Of a DNA stretch of 64,000 nucleotides, positions 18,922 to 28,817 are shown piece after piece (within the stretch, counting starts at the first letter, position 1; the number at the start of each line of letters is the position of its first letter). The DNA is from Hyalangium minutum (GTDB taxonomy: Bacteria; Myxococcota; Myxococcia; Myxococcales; Myxococcaceae): contig NZ_JMCB01000007.1 in assembly GCF_000737315.1 (NCBI RefSeq), forward strand, positions 186,001 through 250,000, given 5' to 3'. The translations under genes and the position numbers were made by a program. The notes beneath the pieces were generated by a model. That model was not told the DNA's origin. It did not search any database and saw only the letters and a program-made list of their open reading frames with translations.

Positions 18922-20150
18922 CGACCTTGGCAGCGGGGCTCGACGTCAACGTGGTCAGTCCCCAGAACCTGCTCGATCCGAACCCCCTGTACCGGTACCT
19001 GCGCGAGTCCGAGCCCGTTCACTGGTCCGAGCCGATGCAGTCCTGGTTCATCACCCGGCATGAAGACGTCGCCGCATGCTTCCGGGATCCGCGCCTGAGC
19101 GCCGCGCGCACGCAGCTCTTCTACGCGCACCAGCTCCGGGGCGTGGGCCTGGAGAAGGTGAAGGACCAGATCTACAACGCCGAGCGGCAGATGCTCATGA
19201 AGGACGGGCCGGAGCACGCCCGCCTGCGGCGCAATGCGAACCCGGGCTTCACGCTCCAGGCCATCGACGGCTGGAGGCCAGAGGTCCGCAAGGCCGCCGA
19301 CGCCTTGCTGGAGCGCGTCCAGGCGCGGGGGCGCATGGAGCTGGTGGCGGACTACTCGGAGCTGCTGCCCTCTCAGGTCATCATGGAGTTCTTTGCCATC
19401 CCCGCGCGCGACCAGCGGGACTTCCTGGAGTGGTGCAGCGACAACTCCCGGCTCTTTGCCGCCAGCACGGGAGCGGACATGCAGGAGCTGGCGGTCCGGT
19501 CCAACACCGCCATCGTGAAGCTCATGCAGTACCTGGGGAAGGCCGTGCAGGAGCGCCGTGCGAACCCGGGCCGCGACATGCTCAGCACCATGGTCCACGC
19601 CCAGGAGGAGGGAAAGCTGGACGAGGGCGAGCTCATCGCCAACGCCATCCTCATCCTCACCGCGGGCCACATCACCACGGTGGATCAGCTCAGCAACGGC
19701 GTGCACATGCTGCTGACGCACCCGGAGCAGCTGCGCAAGCTTCGCGAGAACCCTGGGCTCATGAAGTCCACGGTGGAGGAGGTGCTGCGCTTCTGCCCCG
19801 CCGTCCCCTTCATCCACCGCATCGCCGCCGAGGACTTCGAGCTGCGCGGGCGCAAGATCCAGAAGGGGCAGCTGGTGTTCCTTGGCATGGCGGCCGCCAA
19901 CCGGGACCCTGCCGTCTTCCCGGACCCCGAGCGCTTCGACATCACCCGACAGAACAACAAGCACCTCTCGTTCGCGTTCGGCCCTCACATGTGCCTGGGC
20001 GCTCCGCTGGCCCGTGTGGAACTGGAGATCGGCTTCACGGCGCTCCTCGAGCGCATGCCGGGCCTGCGCCTGGACGAGGAGCAGCCCCCGCGCATCAAGT
20101 GCAACAGCCTGGTGTTCCGCGGCTTCGACTCGCTGCCTGTTCGCTGGTGA
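18918..20150 (+). CDS. Cytochrome P450
   Basis: EEVLR (ExxR), DPERFD, heme motif FAFGPHMCLG. ATGA overlap with the upstream gene. Confidence 0.95.
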   Translation: MTTLAAGLDVNVVSPQNLLDPNPLYRYLRESEPVHWSEPMQSWFITRHEDVAACFRDPRLSAARTQLFYAHQLRGVGLEKVKDQIYNAERQMLMKDGPEHARLRRNANPGFTLQAIDGWRPEVRKAADALLERVQARGRMELVADYSELLPSQVIMEFFAIPARDQRDFLEWCSDNSRLFAASTGADMQELAVRSNTAIVKLMQYLGKAVQERRANPGRDMLSTMVHAQEEGKLDEGELIANAILILTAGHITTVDQLSNGVHMLLTHPEQLRKLRENPGLMKSTVEEVLRFCPAVPFIHRIAAEDFELRGRKIQKGQLVFLGMAAANRDPAVFPDPERFDITRQNNKHLSFAFGPHMCLGAPLARVELEIGFTALLERMPGLRLDEEQPPRIKCNSLVFRGFDSLPVRW

Positions 20151-20180
20151 ATGCAGGCGCCGAGGCGCCGGCCTGGGACT

Positions 20181-21317
20181 TCAGGCCGGCAGCGTGGGTG
20201 TGGACACGGGCTGCTCCACGGGCTTGGGCAGCAGGGTGGCCCGCTCCTCCAGCCACGCGCGGATGAGCGGGTAGATCTCCGTCGGGGCGCCCGCGCCGAA
20301 CATGAGGTCCCCGTGGCCGTAGTCCATCTGGTCCCCGCGATCCCGGCCGAACACGTGGAGCGTCCGGTCGGGCGAGGTGAGCAGCTCGTACTGCTTGCGG
20401 ACGTTCTCCGCCGTGGCCAGCCGGTCGCTGCTGCCGCCCATCACCAGGATGGGCAGGGTGAGGCGGGACATCCCCGCGCGCCAGTCCACCGTGCCATCAT
20501 AGGAGCGGAACGTGTCGTTCTCGATCCAGTCGCGGAACTGGAGGAGCACCTTGCGGCTCATGGACGACAGCATGTTGGCGAACACCTGCCGCTGGATGGA
20601 CGGAGGGACGTGCTGCGGGTTCACCAGCAGATCCGACAGCGGCAGGGTGACGTAGCCCAGGAACGGAGCGAAGGTGGCGCTCATCCACTCCTGCCGGAAG
20701 CGCTGGGGCCAGGCTGCGCGGACTCCCAGCCCCAGCAGCGAGCGCAGCAGGGGCTCGGACTTGAAGAAGACGGGGGCGCCCAGCGCGAGCAGTCCGGCAA
20801 TCTGGTGCCCGTGGGGGCCCTGCGCCACCCCATACCCCACGAGTCCGCCCATCGAGTGGCCCAGCCAGAAGACCTTCTTCGCCCCGGTCTCCTTCAGGGC
20901 CAGCTCCAGCAGCGCGGGCCCGTCCTGGAGGATGTGATCATCCACCGTGAAGTCCGTGTAGCGGCGGCCCGAGGGCGGGGTGCGCGAGTGCGCGGTGCCC
21001 CGCCACTCCACGCTGAAGCAGTCGAAGCCGGCCTCGGTCAGGTAGTGGGCCACCGAGTACGGCGGGGCGAAGTCGAAGGTGAAGCGATTGGCCGCCAGTC
21101 CATGGCACAGCAGGACAGGTTCCTCGAAGCGCCGCTTCGGGGCCCGCCTCGCATGAACGGCAACCTCCCACCCATCCTGGCACCGGGCGCGTAGCAGTTG
21201 CGGTGGGGCTGTACGGGGACGGTAGAGGCGGCGAACCCCCAGGACCCAGGCCACATTTCCAATGATGACGGCCAGGAAGAGCAGCAGCCCCCACAACATC
21301 CACTGTCCCGGATCCAT
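20181..21317 (-). CDS. Alpha/beta hydrolase (lipase/esterase) with N-terminal membrane anchor
   Basis: LLCHGLAAN oxyanion motif, nucleophile GHSMGG, catalytic Asp SSDRL and His YGHGDL. Confidence 0.88.
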   Translation of the reverse strand: MDPGQWMLWGLLLFLAVIIGNVAWVLGVRRLYRPRTAPPQLLRARCQDGWEVAVHARRAPKRRFEEPVLLCHGLAANRFTFDFAPPYSVAHYLTEAGFDCFSVEWRGTAHSRTPPSGRRYTDFTVDDHILQDGPALLELALKETGAKKVFWLGHSMGGLVGYGVAQGPHGHQIAGLLALGAPVFFKSEPLLRSLLGLGVRAAWPQRFRQEWMSATFAPFLGYVTLPLSDLLVNPQHVPPSIQRQVFANMLSSMSRKVLLQFRDWIENDTFRSYDGTVDWRAGMSRLTLPILVMGGSSDRLATAENVRKQYELLTSPDRTLHVFGRDRGDQMDYGHGDLMFGAGAPTEIYPLIRAWLEERATLLPKPVEQPVSTPTLPA

Positions 21318-21407
21318 CCAACCCTCCTTGGCGGCAATAAAACCTTGCTATGGTCCGTTCAGTCCGCCGTGCAAGCGCGAATGGGCATCGGAAAGGCGAG
21401 GGACTCG

Positions 21408-22256
21408 ATGAAGCTGCGGAAGCTGATGTTCGTTCTACCGAACCTCTTCACGGTCACCTCGATCTTCTGTGGCTTCTACGCCATCACGCTCTGCACGGGT
21501 GAGGCAACGCCCGTGCAGCTCTATCAAGCGGCCCTGGCCATTCTCTTCGCCATGTTCTTCGACGGGTTCGACGGCCGCGTGGCCCGCCTGACGAAGACGC
21601 AGAGCGACTTCGGCATGCAGCTGGACAGCCTGGCGGACGTGGTGTCGTTCGGCGCCGCGCCGGCCCTGCTGGTGTACAAGTGGGCGCTGGCTCCCCTGGG
21701 CTTCGTGGGACTGTTCATCTCCTTCGCGTTCGCGGCCTGTGGCGCGCTGCGTCTGGCGCGCTTCAACGTGCTGGCCATGCGCAACCCCCACGGCGGCGGC
21801 GGCAACTTCTTCGTAGGCCTGCCCATCCCGCTGGCGGCCGGCGTGCTGGTGTCGCTGATCATCACCCACCACGTGGTGTTCGCGGCGCCCCCGGACGAGT
21901 CGGCCCTGGTCCCCATCGCGGTGGTGGTGGGCATGCTGGCGCTGCTGATGGTGTCCACGGTGCGCTACCGCACCTTCAAGGACCTGCGGCTGTCGAAGAA
22001 GTCCGCGCTCGTCTTCATGCTCGTGGTGGCGAGCGGCCTGGCCATCGCCATCCAGCTGCGTCCCGCCTACGTGCTGGTGGCGTACTCCTCCGCGTACCTG
22101 TCCATGGGCCTCATCGAGTCCGCGTTCCTGGTCCGCAAGCGCCTGGTGGCGCGCAAGGTCGGAGGCGCGGGGGCGGTGGCTGCCGCCGCGGTGCTCGAGG
22201 AGGAGGACGACGAGGTGGAGGACGACGAGGTGGCCGAGGAGGCCGCTGACTCCTGA
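21408..22256 (+). CDS. pssA: CDP-diacylglycerol--serine O-phosphatidyltransferase
   Basis: LPNLFT and CDP-alcohol motif DGFDGRVARLTKTQSDFGMQLDSLADVVSFG; LRLARFN. Confidence 0.92.
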   Translation: MKLRKLMFVLPNLFTVTSIFCGFYAITLCTGEATPVQLYQAALAILFAMFFDGFDGRVARLTKTQSDFGMQLDSLADVVSFGAAPALLVYKWALAPLGFVGLFISFAFAACGALRLARFNVLAMRNPHGGGGNFFVGLPIPLAAGVLVSLIITHHVVFAAPPDESALVPIAVVVGMLALLMVSTVRYRTFKDLRLSKKSALVFMLVVASGLAIAIQLRPAYVLVAYSSAYLSMGLIESAFLVRKRLVARKVGGAGAVAAAAVLEEEDDEVEDDEVAEEAADS

Positions 22257-22337
22257 GCAGGTCCCGCGGTCTTCTCCCTGCCTCGCGCATCCACAGTACG
22301 TGCTGGGGCAGGGCAGTGCCGCTAGGATGCTCCGCCC

Positions 22338-23603
22338 ATGCGCGTCGAGCTCCTTTGTACCGGTGACGAGCTCGTCACCGGCCTCATCACCGACACCAAC
22401 AGCCCGTGGTTCGAGGCCCGGCTCTTCGAGCTGGGCGTGAAGGTGGATCGCATCCTGCTCGTGGGTGATGTCCGACCGGACATCACCCAGGCGCTGCTGG
22501 AGGTGGCCTCCCGAGCGGACGAGGTGCTGGTGTCCGGGGGCCTAGGCCCCACGATGGATGACTTCACGCTGGAGTGCGCTGCCGCCGCCGCGGGCGTGCC
22601 GCTGGTGGAGGATCCGCGGGTGGTGGAGTGGCTGAAGGAGCGCTACGCCCAGCGCAACATCCCCATGAACCCGGGCGCCCTGCGCATGGCGCGAATCCCT
22701 CAGGGCGCGGAGGTGGTTCGCAATCCGGTGGGCTCCGCGCCGCTGGTCATTCTGCGGCTGGGTCGGGCTCGGCTGTTCTTCGTGCCGGGAGTTCCTCGCG
22801 AGTACAAGGCGCTGGCCGAGGGCGAGGTGCTCCCGCGCATCCGTGCGGCCTTGGAGAAGGATCCGGAGCGCGTGGCTCGCTCCTTCCGGCTGCTGCGCAC
22901 GGTGGGCATTCCTGAGTCCCAGCTCGACGCGGCGGTGGCTCCGCTGGTGCCGCAGCATCCGCGCGTGGTGTTCGGCTTCCGGACGCACGCTCCGGAGAAC
23001 CACCTCAAGCTGATGGCCACGGCTCCCTCACAGGCCGAAGCGGATGCGGCCCTCGCCGCTGCGGAAGCGGCCTCCCGGAAGCTGTTTGGCGCCGCCATCT
23101 TTGGTTCGGATGAAGAGGAGTACGCCCAGGTCGTGGCCAGGCTGCTGACGCAAGCCAAGGCCACGCTGGCCACGGCCGAGAGCTGCACGGGAGGGCTCAT
23201 TGCCCAGCAGCTCACGGCGGTCTCGGGGGCGAGCACCTTCTTCATGGGCGGGGCGGTGTCGTACTCGGAGAAGATGAAGATGGCGTGGGCGGGGGTGCCG
23301 GCAGCGGTGCTCGAGCGCCACACGGCGGTCTCCCGCGAGACGGCCGTGGCCATGGCCGAGGGGGTGCGCGCCGCCTGTGGAACGACCTATGGCCTGTCCG
23401 TGACGGGCTACGCGGGGCCGACGGGGGGCACTCTCGAGGATCCGGTGGGGACTGTGTACTGCGCGCTCGCTGCGGAGGGGAGCCCCACGCGCTGCGAGCG
23501 GTTCTCCATCATGGGTGACCGCGATCGCGTGCGCCTCTTTGCTGCCACCTCGGCGCTCGAATTGCTGCGCCACCACCTGCTCTCGGGGCCGTCCGCTTCA
23601 TGA
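22338..23603 (+). CDS. cinA: Competence/damage-inducible protein CinA (MoCF-like + PncC domains)
   Basis: GDELVTG...DTNS, SGGLGPTMDD, AESCTGG, ETAVAMAEG, SVTGYAGP. Confidence 0.93.
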   Translation: MRVELLCTGDELVTGLITDTNSPWFEARLFELGVKVDRILLVGDVRPDITQALLEVASRADEVLVSGGLGPTMDDFTLECAAAAAGVPLVEDPRVVEWLKERYAQRNIPMNPGALRMARIPQGAEVVRNPVGSAPLVILRLGRARLFFVPGVPREYKALAEGEVLPRIRAALEKDPERVARSFRLLRTVGIPESQLDAAVAPLVPQHPRVVFGFRTHAPENHLKLMATAPSQAEADAALAAAEAASRKLFGAAIFGSDEEEYAQVVARLLTQAKATLATAESCTGGLIAQQLTAVSGASTFFMGGAVSYSEKMKMAWAGVPAAVLERHTAVSRETAVAMAEGVRAACGTTYGLSVTGYAGPTGGTLEDPVGTVYCALAAEGSPTRCERFSIMGDRDRVRLFAATSALELLRHHLLSGPSAS

Positions 23604-25033
23604 GCCGCAAGTCCAAGCATTCCCAGAAGGACTCCTCTTCGCAGGAGACTCCAGCGCCTCCGGCCCCGAGCGTGCCTTCCGAGGTGCAGGCATCGCCCGC
23701 TCCTGCTGCCTCCCCCGGGGAGGGAGTCTGGGCGGCGGTGCGCATCTGGCTCTCGGCCTACCGCGTGGAGGTGGTGCTCTTCGTGGTGAGCTTCGTGGTG
23801 CTGGCGAGCTTCAGCTCCCAGCGCTTCTTGCGGCAGAGCGCCGCGCCGCACTTCATCTACCAGGCGCAGTCCTGGCTGGAGGGGCGGCTCGATGTGGATC
23901 CCGAGGTGTTGCCCAACCTGGAGGACTGGGCCTGTGTGAGGGTGGTGGGAGGCCAGAAGGTCCGCTGTGAGGGCCGGCCGCTCGCGACGGACCGCTGGTT
24001 CGTGAGCTTCCCGTCGTTCCCGGCGGTGGCGATGCTGCCCTTCGTGGCGCTGCACGGCTACCAGTTCAATGACACGTCGTTCGGCGTGTTCACCGGGGCC
24101 CTGGCGGTGGCGCTCTTCTACTCGTTGCTGCGCTTCCTTGCGAAGGACGGGGAGACGGCAAGGACTCAGAGCGACAACATCGCCCTCTCGCTCATCCTGG
24201 CCTTCGGCACACTGTTTTTCTACTGCGCCATCCGCGGTGAGGTCTGGTTCAGCGCGGAGGTCATGGGCGTGGCGCTCACGTGCCTCTACGTGCGCAATGC
24301 CATCAAGGCCCACCGGCCGGTGCTCGCGGGACTCTTCTTCTCCATGGCCACGCTCACTCGCACGCCGCTGCTGTTCGCGGGCCTGTTCTTCGTGCTGGAG
24401 GCGCTGTGCCCAGGGCCGGACCGGCTGGGACAACTCCGCGCTCTCGGGTCGAGCTGGAAGCCAGCGGCTCGCAAGTTGGGCCTCTTCGCCGCGGGGGCCG
24501 CGCCGCTCGCGGTGCTCGCGGCGGCCTACAACGTCTACCGCTTCGGCAAGCCGGGCGAGTTCGGCCACGCGTTCCTCTACAACAACCGCGTCAATGTGGA
24601 CATCGACCGGTACGGGCTCTTCAACCTCGCCTATCTCCAGCGAAACCTGGAGGCGGCCTTCCTCAAGCTGCCCCAGGTGTCCCTGAAACCGTTCCAGCTG
24701 AGCTACGACCCGTATGGACTGACGCTGCTGTTGACCTTGCCGCTGCTCGTCTTCCTGGTCATCCCGAAGACGCGCCCGCGGCTGCACTGGCCGCTGTGGC
24801 TCACCGTGGCGGTGTGCGCGCTGCCGGGGCTCTTCTACCAAAACACCGGCTACATGCAGTTCGGCTTCCGCTTCAGCCTGGACTACACGCCCTACCTGCT
24901 GTTGCTGTTCGCCATCGGCGGCTGGTCCCTCCGGAACCGCTACGTCCAGGTGGCCCTGGCGCTTGGCGTGCTGGTGAACTTCTGGGGCGCCGTGGCGTTC
25001 CGCGGTTACACCGAGTACGTCCGGAACTGGTAG
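23600..25033 (+). CDS. Polytopic membrane protein, possible GT-C/PMT-like glycosyltransferase
   Basis: About 10 hydrophobic segments and a periplasmic loop (FLRQSAAPHF...). ATGA-coupled to cinA. Family is inference. Confidence 0.6.
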   Translation: MSRKSKHSQKDSSSQETPAPPAPSVPSEVQASPAPAASPGEGVWAAVRIWLSAYRVEVVLFVVSFVVLASFSSQRFLRQSAAPHFIYQAQSWLEGRLDVDPEVLPNLEDWACVRVVGGQKVRCEGRPLATDRWFVSFPSFPAVAMLPFVALHGYQFNDTSFGVFTGALAVALFYSLLRFLAKDGETARTQSDNIALSLILAFGTLFFYCAIRGEVWFSAEVMGVALTCLYVRNAIKAHRPVLAGLFFSMATLTRTPLLFAGLFFVLEALCPGPDRLGQLRALGSSWKPAARKLGLFAAGAAPLAVLAAAYNVYRFGKPGEFGHAFLYNNRVNVDIDRYGLFNLAYLQRNLEAAFLKLPQVSLKPFQLSYDPYGLTLLLTLPLLVFLVIPKTRPRLHWPLWLTVAVCALPGLFYQNTGYMQFGFRFSLDYTPYLLLLFAIGGWSLRNRYVQVALALGVLVNFWGAVAFRGYTEYVRNW

Positions 25034-25087
25034 CCCTCTGCGCTCTGGCTTGCTTCCACCGAGCCCCGCGCGCACATAAGGAGTGTC

Positions 25088-25587
25088 ATGCAACCGCCCT
25101 CCGGACAGCCTCCCTTCGGCAAGCGCTGGCACACGCGCGAGGACAGCGGCATCCGCCTCGACAAGAACCTGCGCTGGTGGCACGACGACGAGCCCATCGA
25201 GCACCCGAAGATCATCGAGCTCTTCAACACCTCCCTGGTGCTCGATGACGACGGGCGCTACCAGCTCCGCGTCGGCCAGGACTGGTGCTTCATCCAGGTG
25301 GAAGACGCCGCCTACGAGGTCCGCACGGTGGATGTCACCGCGGACGAGCGCGTGTCCGTGCGCCTGAGCGATCGCACCGCCGAGGCGCTCGAACCCGCCA
25401 CGCTCGCCATGGAACCCGATGGCGTCTTCTCCTGCCGGGTGAAGCGAGGCCGAGCCAAGGCCCGCTTCTCCCGGGATGCCCAGTACCAGCTGGGGGAGCT
25501 GCTGGAGGAAGGGGAGGGAGGCCGCCTCTTCCTCCGCGCCGGAGAGCGCCGCGTGGCGCTGCTCGTGTCGCTGGAACAGCCCTCGGT

Positions 25588-25591
<4 letters not shown>
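25088..25591 (+). CDS. DUF1285-like hypothetical protein
   Basis: [18 protein letters not shown] and IQVEDAAY resemble DUF1285. Confidence 0.65.
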
Positions 25592-26622
<1,031 letters not shown>

Positions 26623-26703
26623 TGCCTCTCCTACGCCGCCCTTCACGGGACACGAGTGCTGCGCCCGAGGGGAAACCCCCCGAGCGCATCGCAGGAGGCC
26701 ATG

Positions 26704-26719
26704 AGCAAGCAGCGTGCCG
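26704..26719 (-). promoter_or_regulatory. Sigma54 -24/-12 promoter element upstream of recA1
   Basis: Minus strand CGGCACGCTGCTTGCT: GG-N10-GC spacing, near-consensus TGGCACG-N4-TTGCW, about 80 nt before the start codon. Confidence 0.65.
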
Positions 26720-26762
26720 CGCGCGGTTCCCTCGGGAGAGGGCCCGCACGTGAGCTGAGGAG

Positions 26763-26798
26763 TCCACCGTGGCGGACGGTACCGTCCACGGCGGTGGA
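26763..26798. other. Palindrome (terminator-like hairpin or activator binding site)
   Basis: Perfect 14-bp core ggacggtaccgtcc flanked by tccaccg/cggtgga; 17 nt past the stop of the upstream minus-strand gene. Confidence 0.6.
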
Positions 26799-26814
26799 TG
26801 GGCGTGGTGCGACT

Positions 26815-27657
26815 TTAGTGGTGACGGCGTCCGCCCCCGCGCCGGTGCTCGCGAACGGGGGACGCGGGGTGGGAGTTCCGAGGCCCGCGGTCTCGCCAGT
26901 ACCTCGGGCTGTCATGCCTCCCGCCGTAGTAGCGGTGCACCATGGGGTAGCGGTGCCAGGAGTAGAGGAAGTAGCCAGGGTGTCCCCACCGCACGGCAAT
27001 GCCGGCGTGGCGGTAGACGGGGATGACGACCCGGAACGAGCCCGGGGTGGCCCAGCCGCCACTGACGAAGGTCCATGACGGCCCGTGCTGGACCCACCTG
27101 GGCGAAACGAAGACGAGACCCGGCTGGGGAGGTGTCACCCATGTTCCCTCGACCCAGACATATTGATTGCCAGACCAGTACCAATAGCCGGGGGCCCAGG
27201 TGGTGCCCGGGGCGGGAGCGGGAGGCTGGAACTCCGTTTGGACGGGAGGCGGCGCTTGGGCGGTCTCGACCTCCTCGCTCACCACATCGAGGGGGAACTC
27301 CACCTCCGTCGAGCCGGGCTTGGCCCACCCGCTGGAGATCCAGCGATAGCCATCGCCTTCCTGCCGCCAGTAGCCATTGATGAATTGATAGCCCGGCATC
27401 GGCGCGATCCAGGCGCCCGGCTTGAAGCGCCACTCAGCGCCGTCCCAGAACCAGTGCCCGGAGGTCCACACGGCTCCGGCATAGGGCCGGGGTGTTGGAG
27501 CGTCCTGCGGGAGCTCGGGAGGTGCGTCAGGCGCCATCGGAGGAGCCTCTACCTGCTCCGTGTCCTCGTACTCCGGCGCGGCAACGGGCGCGGTCTGGCC
27601 CAACGCGACCTGAGATGCCAGTCCGGCCACAACACAGGCCCACCATCGAAGCGTCAT
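26815..27657 (-). CDS. YXWGXW-repeat exported protein
   Basis: Signal peptide MTLRWWACVVAGLASQVALG; repeated WxxGxW units (WTSGHW, FINGYW, WAPGYW, WVEGTW, FVSPRW). Confidence 0.8.
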   Translation of the reverse strand: MTLRWWACVVAGLASQVALGQTAPVAAPEYEDTEQVEAPPMAPDAPPELPQDAPTPRPYAGAVWTSGHWFWDGAEWRFKPGAWIAPMPGYQFINGYWRQEGDGYRWISSGWAKPGSTEVEFPLDVVSEEVETAQAPPPVQTEFQPPAPAPGTTWAPGYWYWSGNQYVWVEGTWVTPPQPGLVFVSPRWVQHGPSWTFVSGGWATPGSFRVVIPVYRHAGIAVRWGHPGYFLYSWHRYPMVHRYYGGRHDSPRYWRDRGPRNSHPASPVREHRRGGGRRHH

Positions 27658-27857
27658 GACGCCATCTCCGTGGAATACCACCATGAACCAGGACCTACCC
27701 CTGGGTATATGTGCGACGCGGGGCGGCTGCTCGTATTCATGCTTCGCCTTGGACAGTCGTGCCGGGAGTCCTGCGGGCGCTGAAGCGGGCGGGAGGGGTT
27801 GCCCACCGGACAGACGGGCAGGACAGCAGGCGCTCTCTCCAGAGCCTGGCGAGCGCG

Positions 27858-28667
27858 TCAACTGGAGGACGAGGACTTCTGCTCGGAACTGCCTTCGAAG
27901 CCTCGCTCGGCGATGGCCTGCTGCACGCCGCCCGGGCCACCGATCTCCGTGTTGAGCTGGATGATGGCGTCACGCACCTGGCGCAGCAGGGCATCGCGAT
28001 CCGCGGGCGTGAGGCCCTTCGTCTCGATGGGCATGCCCACCTTCACGCGGATGGCGTGCTTGCGCAGGCCAATGCCGCCGCGAGGGAGGTTCTGAAAGGA
28101 GCCCTCGATGGCCACGGGGACAATAGGCACCTGGGCCTCGATGGCCAGCACGAACGGGCCCTTCTTGAAGGGGTGGATGAGCCCATCCCGAGAGCGGGTG
28201 CCCTCGGGGAATGCCAGGATGGACTTGCCCGAGCGGATGCGCTCACCGGCCTGCTGCAGGCTCTTCACGGCCTCGCGGTGGTTGGAGCGGTTGATGAAGA
28301 TCATCCCCGTCATGGCCATGTACCAGCCCAGGAAAGGCACGTACTTGAGGGCGTGCTTGGCGACGAACCGGATGTTCACCGGCAGCGCGGCGAAGGCGCA
28401 GGGGATGTCCATCGCGGACTGGTGGTTCATCAGGAAGATGTAGGGCTTGCTCCAGTCGAGGGGCGGCAAGGGCTCCACGAACATCCGCGAGCCACCGATG
28501 CGCCAGTGCATGGGAGCCCAGAGTCGCCGCGCCATCATCAGCGGCACATTGCCGTTGAGGCTCAGCACCATCAACACGCCGGACAGGGTGATCCAGAAGG
28601 CGCCCCACACCGCGAGGAAGAGGGCCTGGAGCACGTTGATCAGCGGATAGAGGAGCTTCATCACCAC
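27858..28667 (-). CDS. plsC: 1-acyl-sn-glycerol-3-phosphate acyltransferase
   Basis: NHQSAMD (HxxxxD), FINR, FPEGTRS, FKKG motifs. Confidence 0.9.
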   Translation of the reverse strand: MVMKLLYPLINVLQALFLAVWGAFWITLSGVLMVLSLNGNVPLMMARRLWAPMHWRIGGSRMFVEPLPPLDWSKPYIFLMNHQSAMDIPCAFAALPVNIRFVAKHALKYVPFLGWYMAMTGMIFINRSNHREAVKSLQQAGERIRSGKSILAFPEGTRSRDGLIHPFKKGPFVLAIEAQVPIVPVAIEGSFQNLPRGGIGLRKHAIRVKVGMPIETKGLTPADRDALLRQVRDAIIQLNTEIGGPGGVQQAIAERGFEGSSEQKSSSSS

Positions 28668-28817
28668 ATGTCCCTGAGCCCGGCGCGCCTTCCCGGAGGC
28701 TGCCCTCTATCACGCCCCGTGCAGGGCTGGGGATGGGCAAGCAGGCATCGTTGACCGAATGGCTCCGAGTAGAGGACCTCGTTGAGTTTTAGGGAGGGAG
28801 GCGGTTAGGTCTTCCTC

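Noticed and set aside
26662-26673. ccgaggggaa shared by the recA1 leader and the comM upstream region (about 31876)
   Set aside because: Short and GC-rich, and on opposite sides of the respective promoters, so probably coincidental.
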